Below, piece after piece: positions 1 through 13,612 of a stretch of DNA of 64,000 nt. Location of the stretch: assembly GCF_009914755.1 (NCBI RefSeq), contig NC_060938.1; one strand, written 5' to 3'. The position numbers and the translations under genes are program-made. Each line of letters begins with the position of its first letter. The first letter of the stretch is position 1. The DNA is from the human T2T-CHM13v2.0 reference genome, Homo sapiens. The notes under the pieces are model-generated. The model made no database searches. It was not told the origin of the DNA and saw nothing but the letters and a program-made list of their open reading frames with translations.

Positions 1-595
1 ATCAACTGATGCTATAAAAGAATCTTCAGAGAAAAATGATCAAATGATCATCCAAGTCAGTTTTATTTGGTACTTATCAATTAATTATTATAGTCCATAC
101 CCCTAAAATATTTTGGATAGTATAAGTACAACTCCATGTATCAAATGATCAGTTGATAAGTAAAAACACATCTATAAATTGGTTTGTTTGTGTAAGTTAA
201 GCAGCTGTTTTTATTAATAAATTATTGAATTATCTTATTTTCATGAAATAGCCTTAATTTTGTTAATCTAATTTTAAATATTAAATTTAGCACTTGTAGA
301 GATAATTATCTTCCCATATATATTAATATTGTTATGTTTTAATTTTATTTAATTTCCCTTAGTCTCTTCTTTGATTTATTCTTTTTCTTCTTAGAATCAT
401 ATTATTGATGAGTCTTACAGCTACTTTCTACTTAGTTATGGTAAAAAGTCATCTGCCCCCTCCACCTCAGCTACTTACTATACCTTGTCTCGAATTGTTA
501 TTTACTCATTTATCAACACCCAGAAGAAAACACGCATACATCTTCACTACCTTGAATTATTTAGTGGTTTCTTAGAGATGATAGCAAAAGTGATA

Positions 596-1402
596 ATAGA
601 AAAAAATAAATTAGACCTTATACAAGTTAAAAACTTTCGTGTTGCACACAATGCCATTAGAAAGTGAAAAGGTAACCCACAAGTTGAGAGCAAATATTTG
701 CAAATCATGTATCTGATAAGGAACTTGAATCCAGCATATATGAGAATATGTCACAATATATAAAGAACTCCTATAACTCAATAATAAGCAAATATTCCAG
801 TTAAAAATAGGTAAATAATTTGCAAAGACATTTCTACAAAGAAGACACACATATGGCCCATAAGTACATGAAAAGATGCTCAATATCACTAGCCATTAGG
901 GAAATACAAATCAAAACCACAATGAGATTTCATTTCACACCCTCTAGGATGGCTATAATAAAAGAAGATGGAGATTAACAGTGTGAACTGGGATGTGGAG
1001 AAATTGGAACGCTTATACATTGTTGGCGGGGATGTAGAAAAGATGCAGCCACTCTTGACTCATGACTTATCCCCAGGAATTTTTAAGATTCAAGTGCAAT
1101 TAATAGAAAATGAAAATGGGGAGGGGAGATATCATGTTCTTATATTAAGTTGGTAATAAGATTAAGTCCCCAAGCTCAATTTGACAGTTCCTCAAAGGGT
1201 TAAGCATAGATTAATCATATGACACAACAATTCCATGACTAGCTATAAACCACAAGAAATGAAAACCTAAGTCCATCCAAAATGTTGGACAAATGATCTT
1301 AGACAAAAAGTGGAAGCAACCCAAATTTCCATTAATTTTATAATTTTATATTCCATTAATTTATGAATGGCTGAATAAAATGTAGTATGTATACACAATG
1401 AA
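596..1402 (+). mobile_element. Old LINE-1 (L1M, MB/ME-like) ORF2 3' end/3'UTR fragment, interrupted at 1051-1178 by a non-L1 insert
   Basis: Degenerate L1 motifs (tttgcaaatcatgtatctgataagg; ggaaatacaaatcaaaaccacaatgaga; gaatggctgaataaaatgtagtat); L1 text resumes at aatttgacagttcctcaaa after the insert. Confidence 0.8.
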
Positions 1403-1403
1403 T

Positions 1404-1515
1404 GTAGAATGTTGAACATAAGCAGTGAGAGCAGGTATCCCAGTCACTTCCTGATCATTGGGGTAAACAATTCATTCTTTTGTGTTAAGTATTTGTTAGC
1501 TATTCGTTTTCAGTT
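1404..1515 (-). mobile_element. Short antisense L1 ORF2 (RT region) fragment
   Basis: aatgttgaacataagcagtgagagcaggtatccc resembles the reverse complement of the L1 '[11 protein letters not shown]' coding region. Confidence 0.55.
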
Positions 1516-1782
1516 ATGAGGTTCAGTATTCTTATTCTAGAGCAGTAAATATTCTTTGTGGAACATCATTTCAAATTTTATTATCATTGTGGTGCATATA
1601 CTGGAGTGAAACCCACATGGTTATTTGTAGTCTGTGGAAGCAAGGAGTCTCCGTTGCCTCAGAACCAAGACAACTACACATGCATCTTCTATTACTTTCT
1701 TCTCACTGAATTTAAGATGGAATACAACTGATAATTTTTTTCTCTATTAGGTATTTTGTTGCAAAAACTATTTATCATTCTG

Positions 1783-1875
1783 CTATATATATATTATATA
1801 TATATAAATATATATATGGGAAAAATATATATATATAAATATATATACATGGGAATATATATATATATATATATG
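1783..1875. repeat. Interrupted (TA)n microsatellite
   Basis: Long TA run with two atggga interruptions. Confidence 0.95.
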
Positions 1876-2976
1876 TTTGGTGAATCCTGAACTTGTTGCT
1901 ATCTGAGAGCTGAATGCAGAAAATTAAACAGGTCTGGCTTCTACCCACTAAGAGATTATAATCATTTACTGATATGAGTGTAGGCATTAAATTTATTCTG
2001 CAGAATTGCAATGTCAAGGTATGAAGTATGGATTACAGAACTTCACCTAGCAGTCTGGCAGAAATGGCACTCTTAAAATACTGGTAGATATTGGTGAAAA
2101 ACTACCAACTAAATAATGGTAAAATGGGTTACTTGTTTTTATTCTACATTAGTTAAGAGACATTTGATATTTGAAATCATGCTCTGAAGATGACATAAAG
2201 TGAGAAGCAACGTATAAAAGATACACACAGATGCGTATCTTTAAAGAGGTGGAAGACTCCTATTCTTAGTAATATGGTGTTTTTAAGAACAGGGTAAAAA
2301 GATTTGTTCAATCTGGAAACTCTGCATGGGATAATTAATACAGCAATGAAAGTTTCTGCTACTGTTCACATATGAATTCCCAGCAAAGCTTTTGTTGTTT
2401 TGGAACAGCAGTAATCATACTTTCAAATGAGCAGCATCTACAGAGACAGAAACAATTAAATAATGTTAATCAATTATAAATTAGTTAAAAAAAATGCATA
2501 ACTCCAGTTGAAACCACTTGTGTGCTAACGATTTCAACTATGGGATAAATTGGTTACTAACATTTTGCATGTCTACTCTGCATATGTTACAGAAAATGGT
2601 TGTCAAGATGTTTAAGCTGTTAAAACAAACAGATTTGTGGTTCAAGGAGTGAAATTTGAGAACAGAGTTGGTAGAGAGCAGATTACCATAGAGACCACTC
2701 TGCTGGGCAAACCCCTCAAGTTCAAAATCTGCAGCTGGTTAGTCTCATGATGATAAAATAGAACATTCCACTGAGCAGCTAAAAGCAATCTACTTGGCTC
2801 CAAATGTGAGAGACAAAAGACCTACTTGCTGAATTCTGAAAAATGGAAATTTTCAGTTCTGAAGGGAGGCTGACTTGAATGAGCTTAAGCCACTGAGTGA
2901 GAAAAAAAGAAGAGAAAATTAAAAGCCGAACACAGAGAGACTCGCCAAGCTGAGGAAGAGTTGCCAACTTTTCCAA

Positions 2977-3108
2977 ACTCCTAACTCCTGATTTAGCACC
3001 AGGAAGGTTTAGGATTGAAGTGCAATTAATAGAAGGTGGAATGGGGAGTGGGGAGGGTATAGCGGGTTCTTATATTAAGTTGGGAATAAGATTAAATCCC
3101 CAAGTTCA
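2977..3108 (+). repeat. Diverged direct-repeat partner of 1051-1178
   Basis: Shared blocks aagtgcaattaatagaa, gttcttatattaagttgg, aataagattaa, tccccaag in the same order. Confidence 0.9.
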
Positions 3109-3446
3109 TCAAGGAGAGGTAACAAAGATGTATTTAAAATTTGCAAAACTCTTGGGAAGATAAAACCCTTTAAAAATATAAAAGAAATATGAAGGATCTA
3201 GTTCCTTTTCCTTTTCCTCTAAGAAAAGGATGAGTGCAGTTTATTACCCTTAATTATTATTGTCACTCTCCTTTTATTCACCTGGCAACAAATTGGCTTA
3301 TTACCCAGGGACTATTAGTTGTGTATTAACATCAAGTTAAACACTGTATCAGTCTTCAATAAGCTCAATGAATAATAACTTTACATTTGAACGGAGCTTT
3401 ATAATTTAAAAACTATTTTTCACATTTTTTTCTTTTTTCCTTTGTG

Positions 3447-3671
3447 ACTGAATTGACAAACTATGGCCAACAGACTTAAATCCAGCCAGCCACCTGTTCT
3501 TATCAATAAATATTTATAGGGATAAAGCCATGCTCATCCTTTTACCTATTGTCTATGACTGCATTCTGTGCTCTAAAAGCAGAGTTGAGTAGTTACAGCA
3601 GAGATTGTATAGGCTGTAAAAACAAAAATAATTATTATCTGGCCTTTTAAGAAGACGTTAACTGAGCCCTG
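3447..3671 (+). mobile_element. MER58A-like hAT-Charlie DNA transposon MITE
   Basis: caaactatggcc...tattgtctatgactgc...gcagagttgagtagtt...tatctggcc...ccctg follows the recalled MER58A consensus. Confidence 0.8.
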
Positions 3672-5191
3672 CCCTGTGTCTCTGTATTGGTACCCTCTTT
3701 AAGTCACTTACGTTACTGGCATTTGTTTTATAATGATATTAGTATATGTAATACTATTTCTAAAGTACAAGCTACTTGGAGGCAAGAGCTGTGTTAGATT
3801 CATTTTTGTAATTCACCGGAATACTTTTAAAAGTAAATAAAAAATAAATTATTTGGTTTCTCTTAAAAATTCTACAAGATTACAATCCTCATTTTTCAGA
3901 TATAGAAATAAAGTGCAATAAAATAGCGGTTTCCCTTATTCTAACATGTAGCAGGTTTTTAAAATGATATTTGAATACATTAAAAAGTGTATTTTTTCTT
4001 TGTTTTCAAACATCAATGAACACAGCATGTTCTTTATGTTTTAAGACAATTTGTTGGCAGTGTTGTACTTTGTATCTGCAACCAGCACTTACAAAGTCAA
4101 TGTATAATCAATATTGCATTACCCACTATGCACATGGATACTGTTTCTCTGGTTTATAGCTGCAATAATTGTTTCCAGGCTTTTCTCTTACTCTATATAT
4201 GCACCAGTTAGACTCTTTAAAACAAACCCTTCTATGTTTAGTCATTACTAGCAATGATTAGTTATCAATAGACTATGGCAACACCAACAGAAACTGTAAG
4301 TTCCCAGTAAAGCTGATCTTCCCACCTGGGCCCCATTGAAGATAAGCTGTCGCTACCAGTCCCATATTTCTCTTCACTCTCTGCCCATCAGCACCTGAGG
4401 GCTCCCGGCAAAACATATCCAAAAGGGAAATGAAAAAAGAGGGAGAACAGTTCTCCATAATCTCTTCCAGAAAATAAAGGCAGAAGGAATACTTTCTAAC
4501 TCAGTCTATGAGACCAACATGACCTAAATAATAAACCTAGAAAATACATTAGTAGGAAAGAAAATTGCAGTCTGATCTCTCTCATGACCATGGATGCCAA
4601 AGTTGTCAGCAAAATATTAAACCAAGTCCAACAATGAATAAAAGGAAATAAATATACAACATAACCAAGTCAAATTCATTTGAGTATACAAGGCTGCTTC
4701 AATGTTAGAATAACTATTAATGTAATTCATCAAATCAATAGACTGAACAAGAAAAGTTATATTATCATATCAATAGATGCATAAAAAGAATTTGACAAAA
4801 TCCAATACACATTCATGATTAAACCTCTCAAAAAACTAGGAACAAAAGGAATCTCTTCAACGTGATAAAGAACATTTACAGAAAAACTAAAGCTAACATT
4901 ATACTTAATGGTAAGAAACGAGATACTTAATCCCTAAGGTTGGGAATAAGACAAAGATGTCTCCTCTCACCACTATTATTTTCTGTCATATTGGAAGTCC
5001 TACTTAGTGCAATAATAAAATATAATAAAAGGTATATAGATTAGGAAGGAAAAAATATAATTGTCTTTGTTCATGGACTATATGATTGTCTATAAAGAAA
5101 ATCCAAAAGAATGGACAAGTGAAATAATTGAACTAATAGACAAGTCTAGCAAGGTTACAGGATACAAGATCAATATAGAAAAGTAGATTTC

Positions 5192-5380
5192 TGTCATGTA
5201 TGCATCATGTATGCGTCATGTATGTGTCATGTATGTGTCATGTATGTGTCGTGTATGAGTTGCATATGTGCGTCATATATGTGCGTCGTATACGTGTGTC
5301 GTATATGTGCATCATATATGTGTCATAGGTGTCATATATATGTGGCATATGTGTCATATATGTGTCTCATATACATATAA
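5192..5380. repeat. Minisatellite, 11-13-bp units (tgtcatgtatg / tgcgtcatatatg)
   Basis: Directly visible tandem array. Confidence 0.9.
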
Positions 5381-5676
<296 letters not shown>

Positions 5677-6707
5677 TGTATATTATCAATAACTAATTTG
5701 AATTTGAAATTTAAAACAAAGTTCCATTTACATTAACATCTAAAAAATAAATTAGGTATAAATCTTTTAAAAAGTAAAAAACCTATATAAAGAAAATCAT
5801 AAACTTTAATAAAATAAATCAAAGATCTAAATAAATGAAAAAATATTATACATTCATGGATAAGAAGACTTATTAAAATATCAGTTCTCCCATATGGATC
5901 TATAGTTTCAATGCAATCCCTACCAAAATCCCAGCAAGTTGTTTTATAGATATCAACATAAAGGTTCAAAAATTTATATGAAAGGCAAAAGACCCGGAAT
6001 AGCCAACACATGAAAAAGAACATATTGAAAAAGAACAAAGTCAGAAGACTGATATTACCCAACTTCTCCACTTACTATAAAGCAGTAATGATCGAGACAG
6101 TATGGTATTGGTGAAAGATAACATACAAATTAATTGAAAAGAATACAAAGCCCAGAAATAGACCCACACAAATATAGTCAACTGATCTTTGACAAAGGAG
6201 CAAAGCCAATTGAATGTAGAAAGGATAGTCTTTACAGCAAATGATTCTGGAATGACTGGACATCTACATGCAAAACAAAAACTAGTATAGATACAAACCT
6301 CACAACTTTCACCAAAAAAAAAAAAAAAAAGCTCAAAACAGACCACAAACCTAAATATACAATGCAAATATCAAATTTATGGAAGATAATATAGGAAAAA
6401 CATGTAGATAACTTGAGTTTGATGATGACTTTTTAAATAAAATACCAAAAGCCTGATTCATAAAGGATAAAATTGCCAAATTTGATTTTATTAAACTTAA
6501 AATTTTCTGCTCTGTGAAAGACACTGTTGAGAGAATGAAAAAAACAAAACACAGGCTAGGAGAAAATATTTTCAAGATACATATTTGAATTAAAAAAAAA
6601 CCTTGTATCCAAAATATACAAAGAACTTTTAAAAAACTCAGCAAAAATGCAATAGAAAATGGGTAAAAGATCTGCATGAACACCTCACCAAAGAAAATAC
6701 ACAGGTG

Positions 6708-7056
<349 letters not shown>

Positions 7057-10000
7057 TCATTAGGAAATTGCAAATTAAGACAATAATGAGCTATTACTGT
7101 ATACCATTACAATGGCCAAAATTCAAAGTACTGACAACACTGAATGCTGATAATGATGTGGAGCAACAGAAACCTCTTATTTATTGCTGGTGGAAATGCA
7201 AAAAAGCACAATCCCTTTAGAAGACAGCCTGGCAGTTTCTTACAAAGTTAAGCATAGCTTTATCATAAGATTGAGTAATTGTACTCCTTGGTATTTACAG
7301 AAATGAGTTGAAAGCTTATGTCCATATAGAAACCTGTACATTAATGTTTATAGTAGCCTTATTCATAATTGCTAAAAATTGGAAACAACCAAGACGTTCT
7401 TTAATAGGTGAAAGAATTAAAAAACTGTGGTATATTCATACAATGGAGTAATGTTCAGCAATGAAATGAAATGAGCTATCAAGCTATAAAAAAGTGCAAA
7501 AAACCTAAACGTATGTTGCTAAGTGAAAGAAAAGTCTGAAGAAGCTACATATTGTACAATTCCAACTACATATGACTTTCTGCAAAAGGCAAAAATATGG
7601 AAACAGTAAAAAATTAGTGCTTGCTAGGAGTTTAGGGGGAGAGGGCAATGGATAAATAGGTTGAATATAGTGCACTTTTAGTGCAGCGAAACTATTCTAT
7701 ATAGTACTGTAATAGTGGATACCTGGCATTAACTATTTGTCAAAACACACTTGTCAAAAAGTGAACTGTAATGTGAGCTATGGCCTTCAGTTAATATCAA
7801 TATTTGTTCATCAGTTGTACAAATCATATCACGTTAAAACAAGATGTTAATAGGAGAAACAATGGGGGAAGGGATATGAAAACTCAGTACTTCCTGCACA
7901 ATTTTTCTATAAACATAAAATTGCTGTAAAATAATATTTATTTTTTAGAAAAATACAGAAGAGTTTCTTCTCTAAGATCAAAGGTCACTTACACTAATAA
8001 AATTAGCCCCAAATTTTGACTACCCAAATTCTGTCCTTGACAACTTTGACCTTTCTATACTGATTCCTCCAGAAATGGATATTTTGCCTTATAGCCTGGA
8101 AAACTTTTCAGCCCTTTACCACCTTGCCAAACATCAGTCTTGGCCTTGGGCTCTCTTGTCTAGATTTGTCTGGATGATGAATAGTCATGACCATCTTGCT
8201 ATACCTCAAACTTATGGCAAATAAATATGATCTGCAGTTCTGCCTTTTAGACACTTAGGTTATTGGGCACCCAAAGATGTCACTGAACATACAGAAAGAA
8301 TTATTATTGCACAGGTCTCTGACCAAGAAATAGTGAAGGCTGCTGCTTTCTGTCCTATCCAGGGGTGCAGACAGATTATCTTAGGCTCAACCAAATCTTG
8401 AACTTATGCCTAGTCTGTCTTGGCCCAGCCCTTCAGGCAGCATTGCCTTTGAAGTCAAAGGTTATTTAAGTCAGTCAGGAGTTAAAAGCCATACTGGTAT
8501 TCAAGAGGACCTTTTCCCCTCTTAGTTCTGCATTAAGTATCCAGGATGCCTTGAGCAAGCCACATTTCCTTGTATAAATTTCAATCTATAAGATTTTTTT
8601 TGTCAGTCATGATTTCCCTTCATCTAGCAGCATGTAGAGGTTTATTTAACATTTTCTTGAAGCATTGTTATTGAAGCCTTTTCACAGACCTGTCCCAGGG
8701 GAGTTCAAGCAAAGAAAGTATCAGTCCAGTGCTGATACAGGTACCAGTGCATTCTTCATGAGCACTCACTTGCCCATTTAATGCTAAGTGTGACTTCAAT
8801 TTTAATATATTTGTACACTATATCTTTTCAGAAAATATTTTAAATCAGCTTCCAAAATGACAAGTATAATATGAAAAAAATAAATAAAACACAAATGTAA
8901 GAAACATGGCTAAGAGGAGAAAACAAATGCACCAATAGGAAAGCTCAATATAGTTTCTGGGCTTGAGCATCCAAATAATTTAAGTTTTCTAGTATCCAAG
9001 TCAAGGAAAGAAATGTGCCCAAGAGCTGAAAGCACACAATTTCCTTAAGAAAAAATAAAGAGTTTTCTAATCTTTAACTTTAAAGTAAATGTCTGATGTT
9101 AGCGTACTGTACAGCAGACATTGAATGGTATCATATGCAACATCCTCCATAGCAGTTTCAAAGTAAATGCAAAAGCTGTATAGTTATTTGTCTCTATCTA
9201 CCTTTAAACAATAAAAGACACAACAATTCAGTTAATGTTATTATGAGGATAAAAGGACCAATGATTTTGTTTTCTTATACTCTCAATTAGTTCAAGAATA
9301 GGTTGTAGAAAACCTAGAAGTGGTAAAAGATGATAGAGGACTTGAATTTTCTTGCAGCTTTTTGAGTTACTGACTATAAATGGTTGTGAGATAATCCAAG
9401 ATTATTCTCCTTAGAAAAAGTCTGGGGTAGTATAGATTGTGATAAGTTAGAATAGATCTAAATTTTCAAAATCAAAGTAAAATAAGTGTTATAGCTAACA
9501 TTCTATTATTCATATAAGGAATATTAAGTCAGTATTCTTGTGTATCTGGAAGTATACCCAACTATGATTAAAGCTTGTCTTTAATGCAACTAAAGATACA
9601 ACTATTACTTATTATATGAGTACATAGTAATAGGAGTGGACAGCTGAGTTTTCTTGATTGGTGCCTGGGACAATTCCCTGTGGTCCCTTTGCCCCACTCA
9701 GTCACCTCGTAGGAAGCCTCAGGTGGTAACAGCTCACTGGAGGAGGAGCACTACATCCCTCTGAAATGCTGCCCACTTTTATCCACTCCTCGTAGTAATT
9801 CCTATTAGATGCAACTCTACATAATTTAATATCAACAATTTTTACATTATATATAAAACAAGAAATAGTTGTAAAAAGAGACACACAAAAATGTATTTAT
9901 GAGATTTGTAGCCATCTCTATGACTCGGTCCCTTCTTAGAAAATAATTTTAAGGCATCTACTAATCTCCCAGTGGAGTGAAAAAGACAATAATTTATACA

Positions 10001-10139
10001 GGAATGAAGAGAAAGGAACAGTCTCAGAGGGTCATGAGAGTTGAGCAAAGCTGGTGAGCGAAGGGAAACTTGAGCTCAACTTAGAAAAAGGGGATTTAGT
10101 TAAATAGGGGGAAGGGAGCTCTAGGGGGCAATCACTATT

Positions 10140-10495
10140 TGTATTAGTCCATTCTCGCACTGCTATGAAGAAATGATCGAGACTGAGTAATTTATAAAGA
10201 AAAGAGGATTAACTGACTAACAGTTCCTCATGGCTGGGGATGCCTCAGGAAACTTACAATCATGGCAGAAGGCACCTCTTCACAGAGCGGCAGGAGAGGG
10301 AATGAGTGCCCACCAAAGGCAGAAGCCCCTTCTAAAACCATCAGATTTTGTGAGACCTCACTCACTATCATGAGAACAGCATGGGGGAAACCGGCCCATG
10401 ATTCAATTATCTCCACCTGGTCCAACCCTTGACATGAAGGGATTATTGCAATTCAAGGTGAGATTTGGGTGGGGACACAGAGCCAAACCATATCA
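10140..10495 (-). mobile_element. MaLR solo LTR (THE1C/THE1D-like)
   Basis: tgtattagtcc...ccaaaccatatca termini; 5-bp TSD ctatt/ctact (1 mismatch). Confidence 0.88.
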
Positions 10496-11954
10496 CTACT
10501 ACAAGTTGATGATGCACAAGAACTATAGTCTCAGAAGGATATTGACTTCCTATATCCAGTTTTCTTATTTTTATTGAGTTAGTAGAAAACTCCTTATTAG
10601 AATCATCTAGTTCATCTCAGGCTCTTTCACCAAGCCATGACAGTCTACAATTTAGATCTCTTTCCTTGTCCTTTGCTGTGTCTTGAGAATGACAAAGAGA
10701 GGTCAGTGGCCTGACAGACTGATGTGGCTAGTATTTTCATCAGAATCTCATTTTCTCCAAGCACCAACAGCCCCATAACTGCATGGGCAAGGACTATCAC
10801 TCCTGTGATAGATGACAAGGTTTCATGTGAAGAGTAGAGGAAGATGTCCCTGTAACAATTAAGAGTAATTTTTGTCATAACCCTTGCAGCAACTGTGGCT
10901 GCTCAGTTTGGCATAAGAACTTAAAATTTCATCTTCCATGGTACTCTCCAAGCAGCCACAGTCTATAATAATTTGAATGTCTTCTAGTTTATGCCCTTCA
11001 AAGGCAGACATCAGTACATATATGCTCCTGGAAATGAACTCAGGGAATCTCAAGTTAACCATAGGGTTTGGAAGGAATTTTCAAAATTTTCATCCCCTAC
11101 AGCTGGCAGTAACCCTACTGCACTGAAGCAAGAATTGAAGCTTCAATCTGTTTCAATATGTAGCATAACTGTGTCTATCTACCTTATTTTCTATGCCACA
11201 TTAAAGAAATCCAACACATTAGATGCCGGGGGTTTGGAGTAGGGATAACTGTGAAAAGGAGAAATATGTTTGGGTGATACACTTACTAGGCAGCTTTACA
11301 GAAGACTGTGTACTAGTCTGAAGAGAAAGGATTGAGGTGGAAAGAAGGCAGAAGTTAAGATAGTAGTCTTTGGAAATCTGGCTTGGAATCTTGTGCCTAC
11401 CACCCACAAACTCTCAGGCTTATTAAACTCATCAGGCTTATTACTCATAGTAGTAATAGTAGCTGTCTCATTTTTTATGGTCATTGTCTTTGTACTCTGA
11501 TATTGGAATAAACTTTTTAGGAACAGCAGATATCCCTATTCAGCCACCCAGCTTCCCTAGCTTTCACACATATTTTGTGATGTTTTTAAAGCCTACGGAT
11601 GACTCCAGCTATAAGTGAAACAACAGTCTGAATCTAATTTACCAACTTTCCTGGGAGCTACAGTTAGTCAGAACTTTCCTTCAATGCCTTGGGGGACCAA
11701 GCTGTTTACTGAGATGACACTGGGAACACTTTGTACATTAGCTCCTTGTCAAGCCAAAGTTCTTTCACTGGGGTGATCGTTCCTACCCAAATATTGAGGA
11801 TGCCATTGTCTATCTCTATTTTTATGCTCATTTCCTCCCAAAGGTTCAGATCATCAGATCAAGTTTTACCTTTTTCATCAAACATCTACTGGTAAATTCA
11901 GTTTCCTTGGATTTTTTTTGCACATTTCTTCAATCAAAAAGCACTGAGAATTTG

Positions 11955-12005
11955 CATACACACATGTACACACAGACCACACACCCATATGCATACTCAC
12001 ACATA
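11955..12005. repeat. Degenerate (CA)n
   Basis: catacacacatgtacacacagaccacacacccatatgcatactcacacat. Confidence 0.6.
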
Positions 12006-13612
12006 TACTGAATCCAGTTAACTACATAGTCCATGTTTAATAAACACTTTTTTGGCTGATTAATTTAAACATACAGGTTTTTGAGTGAGATTTTTAACAA
12101 TGTTGTGAAAAAAATTTACCACGTAAAATTAGATTGCAATTTTTGTCAAATAACTAAATGCTGGGTGTTACTGAAATATCTTACTAGTCTCAATGTGGAA
12201 ACAAAAATAAGAAATGACTCCTTCTCTCTAGAAGCTTAATATCCAGAGGACTAAGCAGATATGGATATTGATAAATGAAGTAAAGGCAGTTAATGGCTGA
12301 GCAGAGGTTGAATAACAAACGAGGTAATCTCAAGATTCCTTTCAAGATGTTGCTATCCTGACCTCAGGCTGGCCCCAATAGTCTCCAGGAAAACCTACTG
12401 GCAAATTCATGGCCCCCTACTGTCAAGTTTACTTACCTAAGTGGTCATGACGTCACACAGTCAAGTATCAGGTTCATCCTTCATTATGAGACAAGAGAAG
12501 AGCTGTTTCAGAATTTGAATCAGAGCTGTTTTGCCAGTGATGCCAAGACAGCTTTTCCCCACCCTGCCCCCCAAGTAAGCCCTGTATTCAAATCTGTCAA
12601 TTGTGAAGCACAGCAGGGATCCTGGAAGTGCTATATTATCACATCACACAAGTTCATGGTGTGCTTGCCAAGGTTGTAATGAAAAGTGGCTTGGTGATGT
12701 AAAACTTGAATTTGTTTGCCATGACATCTAGTTCAACAGTCTCAATTAATTGGTTAAGAAAACCTTTCTTATCTTCCAGAAGAGGCAAATACTTGAAAGA
12801 CAAATACCTTAGCATAGGGTTTACTTAGAGCTGATCTCTATGTCCTGCTATTACTTTTAATGAACTTATAACTTAAACTTCCTGAAAATTTTTTCTAAGA
12901 ATAAAATCTGAATGAACTTTCTATCCATTTTATAGCAGAAGAACATGAGGGAACTACTAAAATTACATAAAATACAGACTTCAAGTATGTTGTATCTGAC
13001 TGTGCTCATTGGTATGTACCAAATTGTAATTTGAAGTCATCAATATTTGAGGAAAGTGATAAAGGAAAAAAAATTAATGAATTGCTTACAATAGCAGCTG
13101 GTGACTGTAATTTTGAGCTAGAAATTATTAAATAGAATTATTTGCTTGTAAAATATGGAAGTTTAATTTGTAATTTTAAACAAATATTTTGAACAAAGAC
13201 TGAATAAAATCCTGTCTTTTTTAATTTTAAAATTGTATTACTCCACAATTTTTGCTTGATATTTCTTTTTGCAAGATGACTGCAAAAAGTATTTTTAAGA
13301 AAATATTTCAAGATGTCATCAGTTTTCTCATAATCTTTATAAATCTTTCATAATCAAATTATTTTTGACTCATTGCTGCTACTGGCTTGCATTACATTTT
13401 CTGATGTTCGTAAGAAGATTAATAAGCAAAGGCTTGGCAGGCATGGGTAGATACTGGTGTAGGGAGGGCTGTTTAAGTAAAATTAGATCGCTAGTGAAAA
13501 AGAAACTCTCTTAAGGTAACTTTTACTTCTTTATACAACTTGTGTAACTGGAAGGACTAAAATAGGAGTGTTGAAAATTCAGATGATGAAGATGCTCTGT
13601 ATAATTACCCCT

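Noticed and set aside
5192-5380. Tandem array as a possible CRISPR-like repeat
   Set aside because: Contiguous short units with no unique spacers, no cas genes, and a primate genomic context.
11415-11448. Small tandem duplications (also near 1329, 7738, 16161 and 45278)
   Set aside because: Ordinary replication-slippage microduplications.
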